Below are positions 1-9,814 of a stretch of 32,300 bases of DNA, in pieces. Below the pieces are notes generated by a model, which saw nothing but the letters and a program-made list of their open reading frames with translations, searched no databases and was not told the origin of the DNA. Position 1 is the stretch's first letter, and each line of letters opens with the position of its first letter. The DNA lies in contig JAPLZR010000119.1 in NCBI GenBank assembly GCA_026394935.1, forward strand, positions 1-32,300, given 5' to 3'. The DNA comes from Candidatus Woesearchaeota archaeon. GTDB lineage: Archaea > Nanobdellota > Nanobdellia > Woesearchaeales > ARS49. The position numbers were made by a program, and so were the translations under genes.

Positions 1-495
1 ACTATACCCGTAAACAAGATAATTTCCACTACCCAAAGCCAATATACCATTATAAGTACTGCCGGTAAACTGAAGAGTCTTCATAGCAACAAGACTTCCA
101 TCAGTTTTATTCACTGTGACAAGAACTGCATTACTACCGCTAGTGTAGAGTGTGGTATAATACAATTCGTCATAAGTAGCATCTAAGAAAGAAGTTGCAG
201 CATCATCCTTTCCAATCTCGTCAGTCCTTGTAAGATAAGATTAATTAGGAGCAACATCTGCGGTTGCAGCACTAAAATCAGCAGCATAAGCAGCAATGGA
301 AGGACTTGCAAAAGGGACATCAACAAGTATAGAACGTCCTTCTTGAGCATAACTTACAGAGGTTCCCCAAGTAATGTCATTAAGCGCAGGAGCAACACTT
401 GTAGCGCCAAAATCAGAAACCATATTTGAATTAGCAGCAAAAACAGGCATTGCCAAAATCAGAACAATGAATAAGACATCAAACTTCTTCACCAA
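1..495 (-). CDS. Secreted/surface protein, partial (runs off the window edge), interrupted by an in-frame TAA at 241-243
   Basis: It has an N-terminal signal peptide (MVKKFDVLFIVLILAMPVFA) and a GAGGTG RBS just upstream. After the TAA the same frame stays open for 80 codons to base 1 (SYLTRTDEIGKDDAATSFLDATYDELYYTTLYTSGSNAVLVTVNKTDGSLVAMKTLQFTGSTYNGILALGSGNYLVYGYS), which is beta-rich and propeller-like. Confidence 0.7.
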
Positions 496-533
496 TTCAC
501 CTCTTGATTACAGAACTATAATAATGTCAGTAT

Positions 534-3500
534 TTAAACCTTATCCAGGAACATTTTGAACGATTTCTCCTTAATCTTTTCCTCAGCAAAGAAAGCGTGC
601 TTGCGCATAGGCTCAGCAGAACCAATCTTAACAGAAGCACCGCACTTCTCAGCAATCTTATCCTGCCATTTCTCAATCAACTTCACAGTACCAGCATCAG
701 ACTGAACGTAAACGTGAGCCTTGTCAGCCTTCAACATTCCAGCTTCCTTACGCAACTGCTGAACACGGCGCATAACCTCTCTCGCATAACCCTCAGCATC
801 AAGCTCAGGAGTACGCTCAGTATCTAAGTAAACAAGACCAAGAGGGAACTCGACCTCCAAAAACTTCTTAGGAACTTCCCTTTCAACAATAATATGATCC
901 TTGTTAAGCTCTATTATTTCCTTGTCAATCTTCACAGTAAACTTGCCCTTAGCCAAATCAGCAAGAACACTATTGGCAGACAATTCAGCAATCTTAGCCA
1001 TAATCTTCGGACTCTTAGCACCAAAAGACTTGCCAAGCGGACCAGCATTAGCCTTAAGCTTAATCTTGACCTCAGCAAACTCCTTATGACCGTGAACTTC
1101 CTTGCAGTTAGTCTGAACTTTAATCACGTCTTCCAATTCTTCCAAAGCCTCAAGCAAAACTTCATTCTGAGAAACAATCTCTACCTTCTTAATAGGCCAG
1201 CGCAAAGAGAGTTTTGCCTTCTCACGAGCAGAAAGAACAGCCTGAACAGCCTGGTCAGCAACAACCATCTGCTTCTCCAATTTTTCATCAATATCCTTCT
1301 CATTAAACTTGGGCCAGGCGCAGAAATGAATACTTTCATCTCCTCCGAACTCTTTCCTAAAATTCTGCCAAATCTGCTCTGAAATAAACGGAGCAATAGG
1401 AGCAAACAATTTCAAGATGTTCGACAAGCACTTGTAAGCTGTAAAAAGAACAGCCTTCCTATCATTCTCCCCGCCAACAGAACACTTGTCACGAACCATC
1501 TGAATATAACTCCTGCTAAGCGTGAGGTACAAATCTTCTATGACTGCAGGAATTTCATTAAGATGATATTCATCAAACAATTTGGTGACTTTCTTTATGG
1601 CAGTATTCATTTTTGAAAGCATAAAACGCTCTTCAACAGCACCCAAAGACTTCATAACAACGTCGTCCATCTCAGCCGGGTTCGTTTTGAGATCTTTAGC
1701 AAGATTAATCACGAAATTCTGCACGTTCCAAAGAACAATCAGATTCTTGTGCTTTATTTTAGCATCCTCGTGATTGAAATTCAAATCCAGACCAGGCTGG
1801 GCAGCGCCAATCTGATAATAACGCAAAGTATCAGCGCCATACTGGCTGATAATCTCATCAGGAGAAATAATGTTCTTCAAAGACTTAGACATTTTCCTGC
1901 CAGAAGAATCATTAATGAAACCGTGCATGTAAACCGCCTTGTAAGGAACCTGACCAAAACTAATCATACTCATACACATCAAACTGTTAAACCAGCCGCG
2001 AATCTGGTCCTTGCCCTCAAGAATAAGTTCCGGAAAGCCCATCTCCTTGAACGTCTTCTCATCAGAAGGATAATTCAAAGTGGCCCAAGGAGCAACACCC
2101 GAGTCAAGCCAGACATCAAGAACATCAGGAACACGAGACATCTCCTTACCACACTCGCACTTAAATTTAATCAGGTCAACCCAAGGACGATGCATGTTTT
2201 CAAGCTCTTTCCCCGATAATTTCTTCAGCTCAGCACGAGAAGAAACAACCTTACGTTTGCCACAAGCGCAAACCCAAATAGGCAAAGGAATACCCCAGAA
2301 ACGCTGACGCGAAATACACCAGTCCTGCAAAGACTTCAACCAACTGTCAAACCACTTATTGCCCGCCCAGTCAGGAACCCAGTAAACCTTCTTATTCTTC
2401 TCAACCATATCATCCTTCAACTTCTCAACAGCCAAAAACCATTGGTCAGTAGCCCTGAAAATAACAGGAGTCTTGCAACGCCAGCAATGAGCATACTCGT
2501 GCTCAACCTTCACAACATCAATAATGACGTTCTTTTCCTTCAAAGCCTGCACAAAACGGTCATCATCCTGCTTAGCAATCAAACCAGCAAGCGGACCCAT
2601 AACATCAGAAAAACAACCCTGCTCGTCAACCTCGTTAAATGAAGAAAGACCGCACTCCTTGCCAACCTCGAAATCCTCAGGACCACAGCCAGGAGCACAA
2701 TGCACCAAGCCAGAACCAGCATCAGTAGAAACATACTTCTCTGACAAGATGACACGGTGAGCATTCTTTTCCTTGTTCTGCTGATGGAATTTCACTTCAT
2801 CCTTAAACGGGTGAACGTACTTCGTGCCAGCAAGTTTCTCGCCCTTAATTTTTTCCAAAACCTCATACTTCTTGCCAGCAACAGCGCCAATAACGCCGGC
2901 AGCCAAAGCCTCTGCAAGAATCCAGACCTCGCTGTCAACCTTTGCCCTCAAATAAATAAAATCAGGATGAGCCATAACAGCCATATTAAAAGGCAAAGTC
3001 CAAGGAGTAGTAGTCCAAACGATCAAAAATTCATTAGGCTTGTTTTCTACCTGGAGTTTTACAAAAATAGAATCATCATTCCTCGTCTCGTATTCCAGTT
3101 CGTGCTTTGCCAAAGCAGTAGCACACCTCGGACACCAAGTCATCACCTTTTTGCCAATATACAAAAGCTTTCTCTCATCAGCCTTAGCCAAAGCCCACCA
3201 AGCACCCTCAATTTACTCGTTCTTGATAGTCATGTAAGGATTCTCCCAATCCATCCAAATACCCACGCGCTTAAACTCGGCAACCATAGGCCACAACTGC
3301 GAAAGAGCAAACTTCTGGCACTCATCAATAAAACGCGAAAGACCCAATTTGTTCAAGATTTCCTTCTTATCCTTAATACCAAGCTCTTTCTCAACAGCAA
3401 CCTCAATAGGCAAACCGTGCATATCAAAGCCAGGCTGGTCCCAAACATCAAAACCCTGCATACGCTTGTACCTAAGAATTGCATCCCTCAACGCCTTGCC

Positions 3501-3662
3501 CCAAGCATGACCAATATGAATCTTACCAGAAGTATAAGGAGGACCATCCAAGTAGTAAAACCGCTTCTTGCCCTTGTTCCTTTTTACTGCTTTTTCGTAG
3601 ATTTCATTATCCTTCCAAAAATCCAATACGGAAGGCTCTACAACCTTAAAGTCATAAGTCAT
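534..3662 (-). CDS. ileS: Isoleucyl-tRNA synthetase, ~1042 codons, with a single in-frame TAA at 3213-3215
   Basis: Motifs: DGPPYTSGKIHIGH (HIGH), WTTTPWTLP, GSGLVHCAPG, DWCISRQRFWG, EGKDQIRGWF and KMSKS. ORFs 3213-3662 and 534-3191 are in the same frame and join as PYMTIKNE*IEGAWWALAKA. Confidence 0.95.
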
Positions 3663-3698
3663 GACTCAAAAGAAAAATAGGAGATTTAAAAAGGTATC

Positions 3699-4514
3699 TT
3701 AAGGATTAGGCGGCGGAGTGTTGTAGTAATTAATGTTGATTACCGGCGCCGGTGCATTAGGATTCGGGTTTGGCGGAACTGGTGCTGCTGGAGCAGGTGC
3801 TGGATTTACAGGAGCTGGAATTGCTGGTGCAGGTGCTGGAATTGCTGGTGCCGGAGCTGCGGCTTGTGTTGCTGCTGCTTGAGCTGCTTGCTGTGCCGCT
3901 TGGGCCGCAGTATTCTTTCTTATCTTGTAACCCACAAGTCCATAAAGACCTGCAAGCAAGCCCAAACCGCCCAAAAAGTAGAAAAGCCCTTTACCGCCTT
4001 TGCGGTCCTTTTGAGCATCTGTCTTAACATCTTCAAGATTATCTTCCAAAGTCTTGCTGCTATTATACCAAGGAGCATCCCTGCCTGTAAAATAACGATG
4101 CCTCTCGTTAGCTGATTGATAGTTATTCTGTCTTTGTTTGACGAAATTGTCAGACGGCTTGACATTACCAATCATTAAAGTTAAAGCCAAACCAGCACCA
4201 GCCAAAGCCAAACCTACGCCCCAAAGCTTTTTACTTGACCTATTATCTGCAAGTGGCTCGTAATGCTGTCTTGCAAGCTCGACAAGCTCATACTGCCTTG
4301 GTGTGGGCTGTGCAAAAGGAATATAGTGTGCTGGAGCGCCATCAGGGCGAACAAGCCTAAGTGGAGCGTGCAAATCACTGTGAAATGCCTGCCTACCTTG
4401 AGGATTATTTTGATAAAGTTGCGCCTGAACAGCCCGATTAAAAGCTTCTCCAGGATCTCGTTGCATCTCCTTTAAAATTGAGTCTGCGTTGGCCATTTTC
4501 CTTCGAGAAACCAT
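3699..4514 (-). CDS. Hypothetical membrane protein with two hydrophobic segments and an Ala/Pro-rich C-terminal tail
   Basis: 271-aa ORF with a TTTATAAA box ~12-19 nt upstream and hydrophobic stretches LWGVGLALAGAGLALTLMI and LFYFLGGLGLLAGLYGLVGY. Confidence 0.75.
   Translation of the reverse strand: MVSRRKMANADSILKEMQRDPGEAFNRAVQAQLYQNNPQGRQAFHSDLHAPLRLVRPDGAPAHYIPFAQPTPRQYELVELARQHYEPLADNRSSKKLWGVGLALAGAGLALTLMIGNVKPSDNFVKQRQNNYQSANERHRYFTGRDAPWYNSSKTLEDNLEDVKTDAQKDRKGGKGLFYFLGGLGLLAGLYGLVGYKIRKNTAAQAAQQAAQAAATQAAAPAPAIPAPAPAIPAPVNPAPAPAAPVPPNPNPNAPAPVININYYNTPPPNP
3811..3857 (-). repeat. 21-nt coding tandem repeat (APAPAIP x2)
   Basis: + strand reads ggagctggaattgctggtgca / ggtgctggaattgctggtgcc / ggagc. 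Confidence 0.8.
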
Positions 4515-4584
4515 TGGCTTTCTTACTTTATAAATCTTTCGGTTTTGTAGTCACTATAAAGTGGTTATTTTAAGCTGAGGAAGG

Positions 4585-4592
4585 TTTATATA
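4585..4592 (+). promoter_or_regulatory. Archaeal TATA box of the small zinc-finger gene
   Basis: TTTATATA is preceded by purine-rich GAGGAAGG (BRE-like) and lies ~24 nt before ATG 4616, typical leaderless spacing. Confidence 0.6.
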
Positions 4593-4615
4593 TGGCTTTC
4601 CCATATTATAGAAGT

Positions 4616-4768
4616 ATGAACTTCAAATGCCACGGCTGCGGGAAAATATACCTCAAAAAAGGGCTCTGCTGCGGAAAAGCACTGGAAACAGTATGCCCAA
4701 TATGCGGTTTCGGAAAAGACTTCTGCACCTGCGAAGTGCCAAGCACGAAAGACGGAATAAAGAAATAA
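4616..4768 (+). CDS. 50-aa Cys-rich zinc-finger micro-protein (absent from the ORF track)
   Basis: MNFKCHGCGKIYLKKGLCCGKALETVCPICGFGKDFCTCEVPSTKDGIKK has CxxC, CC, CPxCG and CxC motifs. It has a TATA box upstream and its stop abuts the adk stop. Confidence 0.8.
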   Translation: MNFKCHGCGKIYLKKGLCCGKALETVCPICGFGKDFCTCEVPSTKDGIKK

Positions 4769-5296
4769 TCACCACTCGCTTGATATCCTGTATTTGATCT
4801 TCATATAATCCACTGCATTCTTAACAACAACATCTTTCGGCAGCAAAGCATTCAAAGGATGAATGCGAACGCCATTTCTGTGGAAAAAGTCCAGAGTCGG
4901 CCAGGAAATATTCCAGTAATCCTTAATGCGACGAGACATCGCTTCCAGAGTATCATCAGCTCTACCTTCCTCTGCCTGCTCAGGAGTACGGCACATACCG
5001 TCAACAAGCAAAGTATGATCAGGACTGATAACGCCGGAGGTTTTCCTGCCAATCACGGCTTCTTTATACATTGGAACGATTAAGCTGTCAGGAGTAAGCT
5101 CCCCGCGATGAAAATAACCATAAATCTCGTCTGCAAGAGGACCACCTTTTGCACGGGCTTCACGAATCAAATCACCTGAAGCAAGAAAATAAAAGTATCT
5201 TGGCAGCTCCTTTGCAATCGCTTTACCAACAGTGCCCTTGCCTGCGCAGGGAATTCCAAACAACAAAATTGATGGTACACGGTGATCTTTGTCCAT
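4769..5296 (-). CDS. adk: Adenylate kinase family NMP kinase (bacterial-type), apparently with an internal in-frame deletion
   Basis: P-loop GIPCAGKGT, SGDLIR, GELTPD, LVDGMCRTPEQAE (DGFPRT-like) and GRADD are present. The segment normally found between EQAE and GRADD is missing. Confidence 0.8.
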   Translation of the reverse strand: MDKDHRVPSILLFGIPCAGKGTVGKAIAKELPRYFYFLASGDLIREARAKGGPLADEIYGYFHRGELTPDSLIVPMYKEAVIGRKTSGVISPDHTLLVDGMCRTPEQAEEGRADDTLEAMSRRIKDYWNISWPTLDFFHRNGVRIHPLNALLPKDVVVKNAVDYMKIKYRISSEW

Positions 5297-5371
5297 TTTG
5301 TGCTGGAAACTATATTCTCTATATTAATTTAAGCGCAAGATTTAAAAACGGGCTTTCTGCAACCCGAGAAT

Positions 5372-6040
5372 ATGCCACAAGAAGCAATAACAGAAATAGA
5401 CATGGACGTTTATTCAAGAAGAATAGGACCCTATTTTTCCTGGATTGAAAGCAAAATAGAAGGCGGATGGACGCAAAGCGAATCAGTCCAAAAAGACGTC
5501 TTGAAAGAGGCAAAATACCTGGCAACAACAATGCGAGCCAGATTCATACTAGGAGTATCAAAAGGAGACTTCTCAAAAGAAGTGCAAAGAACACTCGAAC
5601 TATTCGAGCTATCATTAGACGCGTTCCCAGAAGAAAGCGATGAAGTAGAAGCAAAAATAAGACATTTCGTAAAAGGAGTATCAGAAGAATTAGGCGCAGA
5701 GTTCATACCAGCTTCTTACAGAGAACCGCTGACGCCACAGCCACCAATGCCTGACCCATATCCAGGACCAGAACCAATGCCAGGACCAGAACCATTAGAG
5801 CCAGATGAGCCAGACGAAGAAACAATCAAGACCAAGCTAGTCAAAACAGAACCTGTCAAAAAAATCAAAATAGAGAAAAAAGTGCGAAGAGCAAAGATTG
5901 AAATTGAAACGCCAAAAGCAGTGAAAGCAAAACAGGCAAAAACACCAAAGCCAAAAATACAGGAAACAAAGCGCGAAAAACGCGGCAAAGGATTCTTCCT
6001 AGTCCGATGGGCAAAAGAATTCATATTCGGCGAAGACTAA
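5372..6040 (+). CDS. Hypothetical protein with a Pro-rich linker and Lys-rich C-terminus
   Basis: 222-aa ORF with codon usage like other + genes and TTTAAAA ~25 nt upstream. Confidence 0.75.
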   Translation: MPQEAITEIDMDVYSRRIGPYFSWIESKIEGGWTQSESVQKDVLKEAKYLATTMRARFILGVSKGDFSKEVQRTLELFELSLDAFPEESDEVEAKIRHFVKGVSEELGAEFIPASYREPLTPQPPMPDPYPGPEPMPGPEPLEPDEPDEETIKTKLVKTEPVKKIKIEKKVRRAKIEIETPKAVKAKQAKTPKPKIQETKREKRGKGFFLVRWAKEFIFGED

Positions 6041-6087
6041 TTCTTCACAACGACACCTTTAAAAACACGATATGACTCTATAGTCAT

Positions 6088-6567
6088 ATGCGCGTATCAA
6101 TATGGATAGGGCTTCTGACATTCGGAATAGGAATACTCCTCTCATACCTCGCAGATGCGATGGTAAAAACACAGACAATCGGCGCATTGCAGACAACAGC
6201 AGCAACAATCGCCTCAATCATATTCATACTATTCTCAGCAACAATGCTCGGCGCAGGAGCAGGGCTTGTAATACACTGGATATTCGGCTTTGCATCACAC
6301 TGGAAAGCATTCATTGCAGAAATAATATTTTCTGTAATAATACTTATAATAGGTATAATAGCAACAATAATCAGCGGAAACGTCTGGACAGCCCTGCAGG
6401 CATTCATAACGTTCTTAACAGCCAGCATATCACTTCTTTTCCTGTCGTTCGTCACAATGTTCGGCGGAATATTTGAAGGATTCACATCAATAAAAAAATA
6501 CATAGAAAAAAGAGGAAAAAATGAACGAAAACCTGATAAAATTCGTGCAAAAGTCAGACGCGTTTGA
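6088..6567 (+). CDS. Hypothetical multi-pass membrane protein
   Basis: 159 aa with about four hydrophobic segments and TTTAAAA upstream. It overlaps the next gene by 47 nt. Confidence 0.75.
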   Translation: MRVSIWIGLLTFGIGILLSYLADAMVKTQTIGALQTTAATIASIIFILFSATMLGAGAGLVIHWIFGFASHWKAFIAEIIFSVIILIIGIIATIISGNVWTALQAFITFLTASISLLFLSFVTMFGGIFEGFTSIKKYIEKRGKNERKPDKIRAKVRRV

Positions 6568-7405
6568 CGCCAACTCCAAGCTAAAACTAATACTATTCCT
6601 ATCAGGCGCAAAACCATCAACTTACATACACATGCGCATAGAGAAGAATTTGCACGACAAGCACGAGTTTGAAGACCTGCTCAAAGAAAACAGCATATTA
6701 TTCGAAGCCAGCAGACCAAAAGGGTACGAAGAAATAACAGGAATAAAAGGCAATGCAGCAGTATGGAAGCTAAAAGGAACCTGGTACGGGTATGACCTGT
6801 TCAAAAACAAGGAATACAACGCAAAATTCCTCGAATACACCACACTCCTCAAACAGAAAAAACACGACACAGCAGACCAACTCGCAGGAGTCATATACGG
6901 GTATCCGGCATGCTGCACTGAAACATTCATAAGAGACCACAACAAAACACAACTCGCAAGAAAATACGGAGCATACCAATACTACAAAAGACTCCACGAC
7001 TGCGACCAAAAATTCCCATTCATCGCGCACACGCCATGCTCGCCAGTATGCAAACAAACCAAAAAGCTAAACCTGCAGTACGCGAGCACTGTAAAAAGAA
7101 AAGCGCCGGAATTCTACAAAAAATACGCCAAAAAAAGAACGTACAGAATACCCCTGATTGTTGATATAGAAAGCAGCGACGTCAAATGGAAAAAACAAGA
7201 CGGACACGACTACATGCTTATAACAAAGAATCCGCTGGAAGGAAAATACTGCCTGATAAGCTGGCTGTCAAGAGGAAAATACAAAAGAGGAACAATAATT
7301 GACGCGACAGCAACACTGCAGTACGACTATGCAATAATCGACGTGCACAAAAAAACAGGACACCTGAAAAACTTCCACCACGAAAGAAGATTCGCAAGAC
7401 TATGA
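6521..7405 (+). CDS. DUF483-like Cys/His-containing protein
   Basis: GVIYGYPACCTETF and FIAHTPCSPVC resemble the GYPxCC..F and H.PCS..C motifs of DUF483-type archaeal proteins. It has an ATGA overlap with lig. Confidence 0.6.
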   Translation: MNENLIKFVQKSDAFDANSKLKLILFLSGAKPSTYIHMRIEKNLHDKHEFEDLLKENSILFEASRPKGYEEITGIKGNAAVWKLKGTWYGYDLFKNKEYNAKFLEYTTLLKQKKHDTADQLAGVIYGYPACCTETFIRDHNKTQLARKYGAYQYYKRLHDCDQKFPFIAHTPCSPVCKQTKKLNLQYASTVKRKAPEFYKKYAKKRTYRIPLIVDIESSDVKWKKQDGHDYMLITKNPLEGKYCLISWLSRGKYKRGTIIDATATLQYDYAIIDVHKKTGHLKNFHHERRFARL

Positions 7406-9057
7406 AATTCTTAGAACTGGCACACCTCTACGAAAAACTAGAGAACACCAGCTCGTATATTGCAATGCGAGAAATACTGAGCGATTTCTTCAAAAAAACG
7501 CAAAAAGAAGAACTTGAGAACGCAGCCTATCTGACACTCGGACAGATAGCATCACAATATGCTGATGTCAACCTCGGCATGGCAGACAAAATGGCAGTCA
7601 AAGCCATAGCAATGGCAGGCGGAGAAAACGAAAAAGAGGTCCTGCAGCAATTCAAAAAACTAGGAGACATAGGAAAAACAGCAGAAAAACACGCAGGAAA
7701 AGGAACACTCACAGTCAAAACAGTATTTGAAACACTCCACAAAATAGCACAGGCAGAAGGAGGACAAAGCAGGGACAAAAAAATAAAACTGCTTGCAGGA
7801 CTGCTGTCACAGGCAAGCCCGCTCGAAGCAAGATACCTTGCGAGAATAGTTCTCGGAGACTTAAGACTCGGAGTAGGAGACAAAACAATACTCGACGCAC
7901 TCGCAACAGCATACGCGCACAAAGAAGCAAGAAAAGAATTAGAGCACGCTTACAACATCTGCCCAGACATCGGAATAATAGCAAGAACACTCGCGCACGG
8001 AGGCATCAACAGCATCAAAAAAATAGGCGTGGAAGTAGGAGTGCCAATACAATCAATGCTCTGCCAAAGAGTAAAAAACATAGAAGAAATTGAGCACAAA
8101 ATAGGATACCCTGTAATTGTAGAAGAAAAATACGACGGCGAAAGAGTGCAAGTGCACAAAGGCAAAAAAATAAAATTATATTCGCGAAGATTAGAGGACA
8201 TAACACTGCAATTCCCGGACATCGTACAGGCGATTAAAAAAGCAGTCAAAGGAAACTGCGTTCTCGACAGCGAAGTAATGCCAGTGGATGCGAAAGGAAA
8301 CCTCCTGCCATTCCAAATATTAATGCAAAGAAGAAGAAAATATGACATTCAGGAATACATCAAAAAAGTGCCTGTCGCGCTGTTTGTGTTTGATGTATTA
8401 TATGTCAATGGCAAATCATTGATAAGAGAAAAATACAGCAAAAGATACGCAATACTCAAGAGAATAGTCAAACAGACAGGACAAATAAAGCTCGCACTGC
8501 AGAAAACGTGCAAGGACTCAGACTGCATAGAAGACCTGTTCAACAAAACAGTAGAACACGGAGGGGAAGGAGTAGTAATCAAGAATCTCCACGGACCATA
8601 CGACGCAGGAGCAAGAGGATGGAACTGGGTCAAATGGAAGCCGGAATACGTCAAAGGATTACGAGACACATTTGACTTGGTCGTAGTAGGAGCTTATCAC
8701 GGCAAAGGAAGAAGAGCAGGAACATACGGAGCACTATTGTGCGCAGTATACGACGCGAAAAAAGACAAATTCCTCACGTTCTGCAAGCTGGGAAGCGGGT
8801 TCAAAGACAAAGAACTATTCGCACTCCTAAACAAATTCAAAAAAATAACGCACAAACCAGCAAGACTCGAAATAGCAAAAACAATAATGCCTGACGTATG
8901 GTTCGACCCGCGTTTTGTAGTAGAAGTAACAGGAGCAGAAATAACAAAATCACCAAACCACACAGCAGGATACGCACTGCGCTTTCCGAGATTCTTGCGC
9001 TGGAGAGAGAAGAAACCGGAACAGGCAACAACGCTAAAGGAAATACTGGGTTTCTGA
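7402..9057 (+). CDS. lig: ATP-dependent DNA ligase (archaeal type)
   Basis: Motif I EEKYDGERVQVH, plus LDSEV, FVFDVLY, EGVVIK, WVKWK, DLVVVGAYHGKGRR and ALRFPRF, with an N-terminal DNA-binding domain; 551 aa. Confidence 0.96.
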   Translation: MKFLELAHLYEKLENTSSYIAMREILSDFFKKTQKEELENAAYLTLGQIASQYADVNLGMADKMAVKAIAMAGGENEKEVLQQFKKLGDIGKTAEKHAGKGTLTVKTVFETLHKIAQAEGGQSRDKKIKLLAGLLSQASPLEARYLARIVLGDLRLGVGDKTILDALATAYAHKEARKELEHAYNICPDIGIIARTLAHGGINSIKKIGVEVGVPIQSMLCQRVKNIEEIEHKIGYPVIVEEKYDGERVQVHKGKKIKLYSRRLEDITLQFPDIVQAIKKAVKGNCVLDSEVMPVDAKGNLLPFQILMQRRRKYDIQEYIKKVPVALFVFDVLYVNGKSLIREKYSKRYAILKRIVKQTGQIKLALQKTCKDSDCIEDLFNKTVEHGGEGVVIKNLHGPYDAGARGWNWVKWKPEYVKGLRDTFDLVVVGAYHGKGRRAGTYGALLCAVYDAKKDKFLTFCKLGSGFKDKELFALLNKFKKITHKPARLEIAKTIMPDVWFDPRFVVEVTGAEITKSPNHTAGYALRFPRFLRWREKKPEQATTLKEILGF

Positions 9058-9125
9058 AGTAATTAACCACTCCAGAGTAAATTCTGACGAAAAGCTTAAA
9101 AAACACTCCTGCGAAGCCAACAAAT

Positions 9126-9791
9126 ATGGCTGAAGACACGATAATAGCGTACGGACGAATAGCAGAAAGAGGAGATACGCGCGTGCTTGCAATGTTTGGA
9201 ACGACAAACCGCTGGTTCTACATGCAAAACTATCCAACATACACAGAACAGGAAGTTCAGGATATGGAACTGCACTGTCTCAAGAATCTAAGAGCACTTG
9301 CGCAAAAACACGGAATTTCCAAGCTTGAAGAAGAAACAATCGTGCTAACAGGAAAACTACAACAGGAAGATGACGACTTCACAAAATACCAAATAGTAGG
9401 GCACGTTGGCGAGTTTAACAATGAGAAAGACTGCTTAGAATTTGTCAAAATAGCAATACGTTCCCTATTCACAGGAATAAAAAAAGGCAATGCAGACTGC
9501 GAGCAAACCCTGAAAGGACTTGTAAACCCGTTAGTGGATGCAGTAAGTACAAGAGAAAGCGAAAAACTATTCGATACACAAGCCAGATTAATCGAAGCAT
9601 ACCGGGGTCCGCCATTGCATAATTATATCCAAAAACTTTGCAGGATGATAAGACACGAAAGAAGTCCAGACCTGATAAAACTGCAAATAGAACTCATAAC
9701 GGCAATAGAACAAGGCGAATACGAAACCGCGGCAAGAGCTGACAGAACAATAATGCACACCCCACTGGACAACCGCGCACAGGGTATATAA
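9126..9791 (+). CDS. Hypothetical protein with a C-terminal UvrB/UvrC (UVR)-like coiled-coil motif
   Basis: LQIELITAIEQGEYETAARADRTI matches the L..AI..E.YE.AA..R pattern. Confidence 0.6.
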   Translation: MAEDTIIAYGRIAERGDTRVLAMFGTTNRWFYMQNYPTYTEQEVQDMELHCLKNLRALAQKHGISKLEEETIVLTGKLQQEDDDFTKYQIVGHVGEFNNEKDCLEFVKIAIRSLFTGIKKGNADCEQTLKGLVNPLVDAVSTRESEKLFDTQARLIEAYRGPPLHNYIQKLCRMIRHERSPDLIKLQIELITAIEQGEYETAARADRTIMHTPLDNRAQGI

Positions 9792-9814
9792 ACGGAAGAT
9801 TTCTGAGATAATTT

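Noticed and set aside
3191-3240. Intron, intein or programmed frameshift in ileS
   Set aside because: Both parts are in the same frame with no inserted sequence; only one codon is affected.
2757-3680. 307-aa + strand ORF and similar long antisense ORFs (16362-17048, 18110-18946, 20339-20971, 28292-28900, 29138-29758)
   Set aside because: They are shadows of well-supported genes on the opposite strand, with no motifs; biased codon usage suppresses antisense stops.
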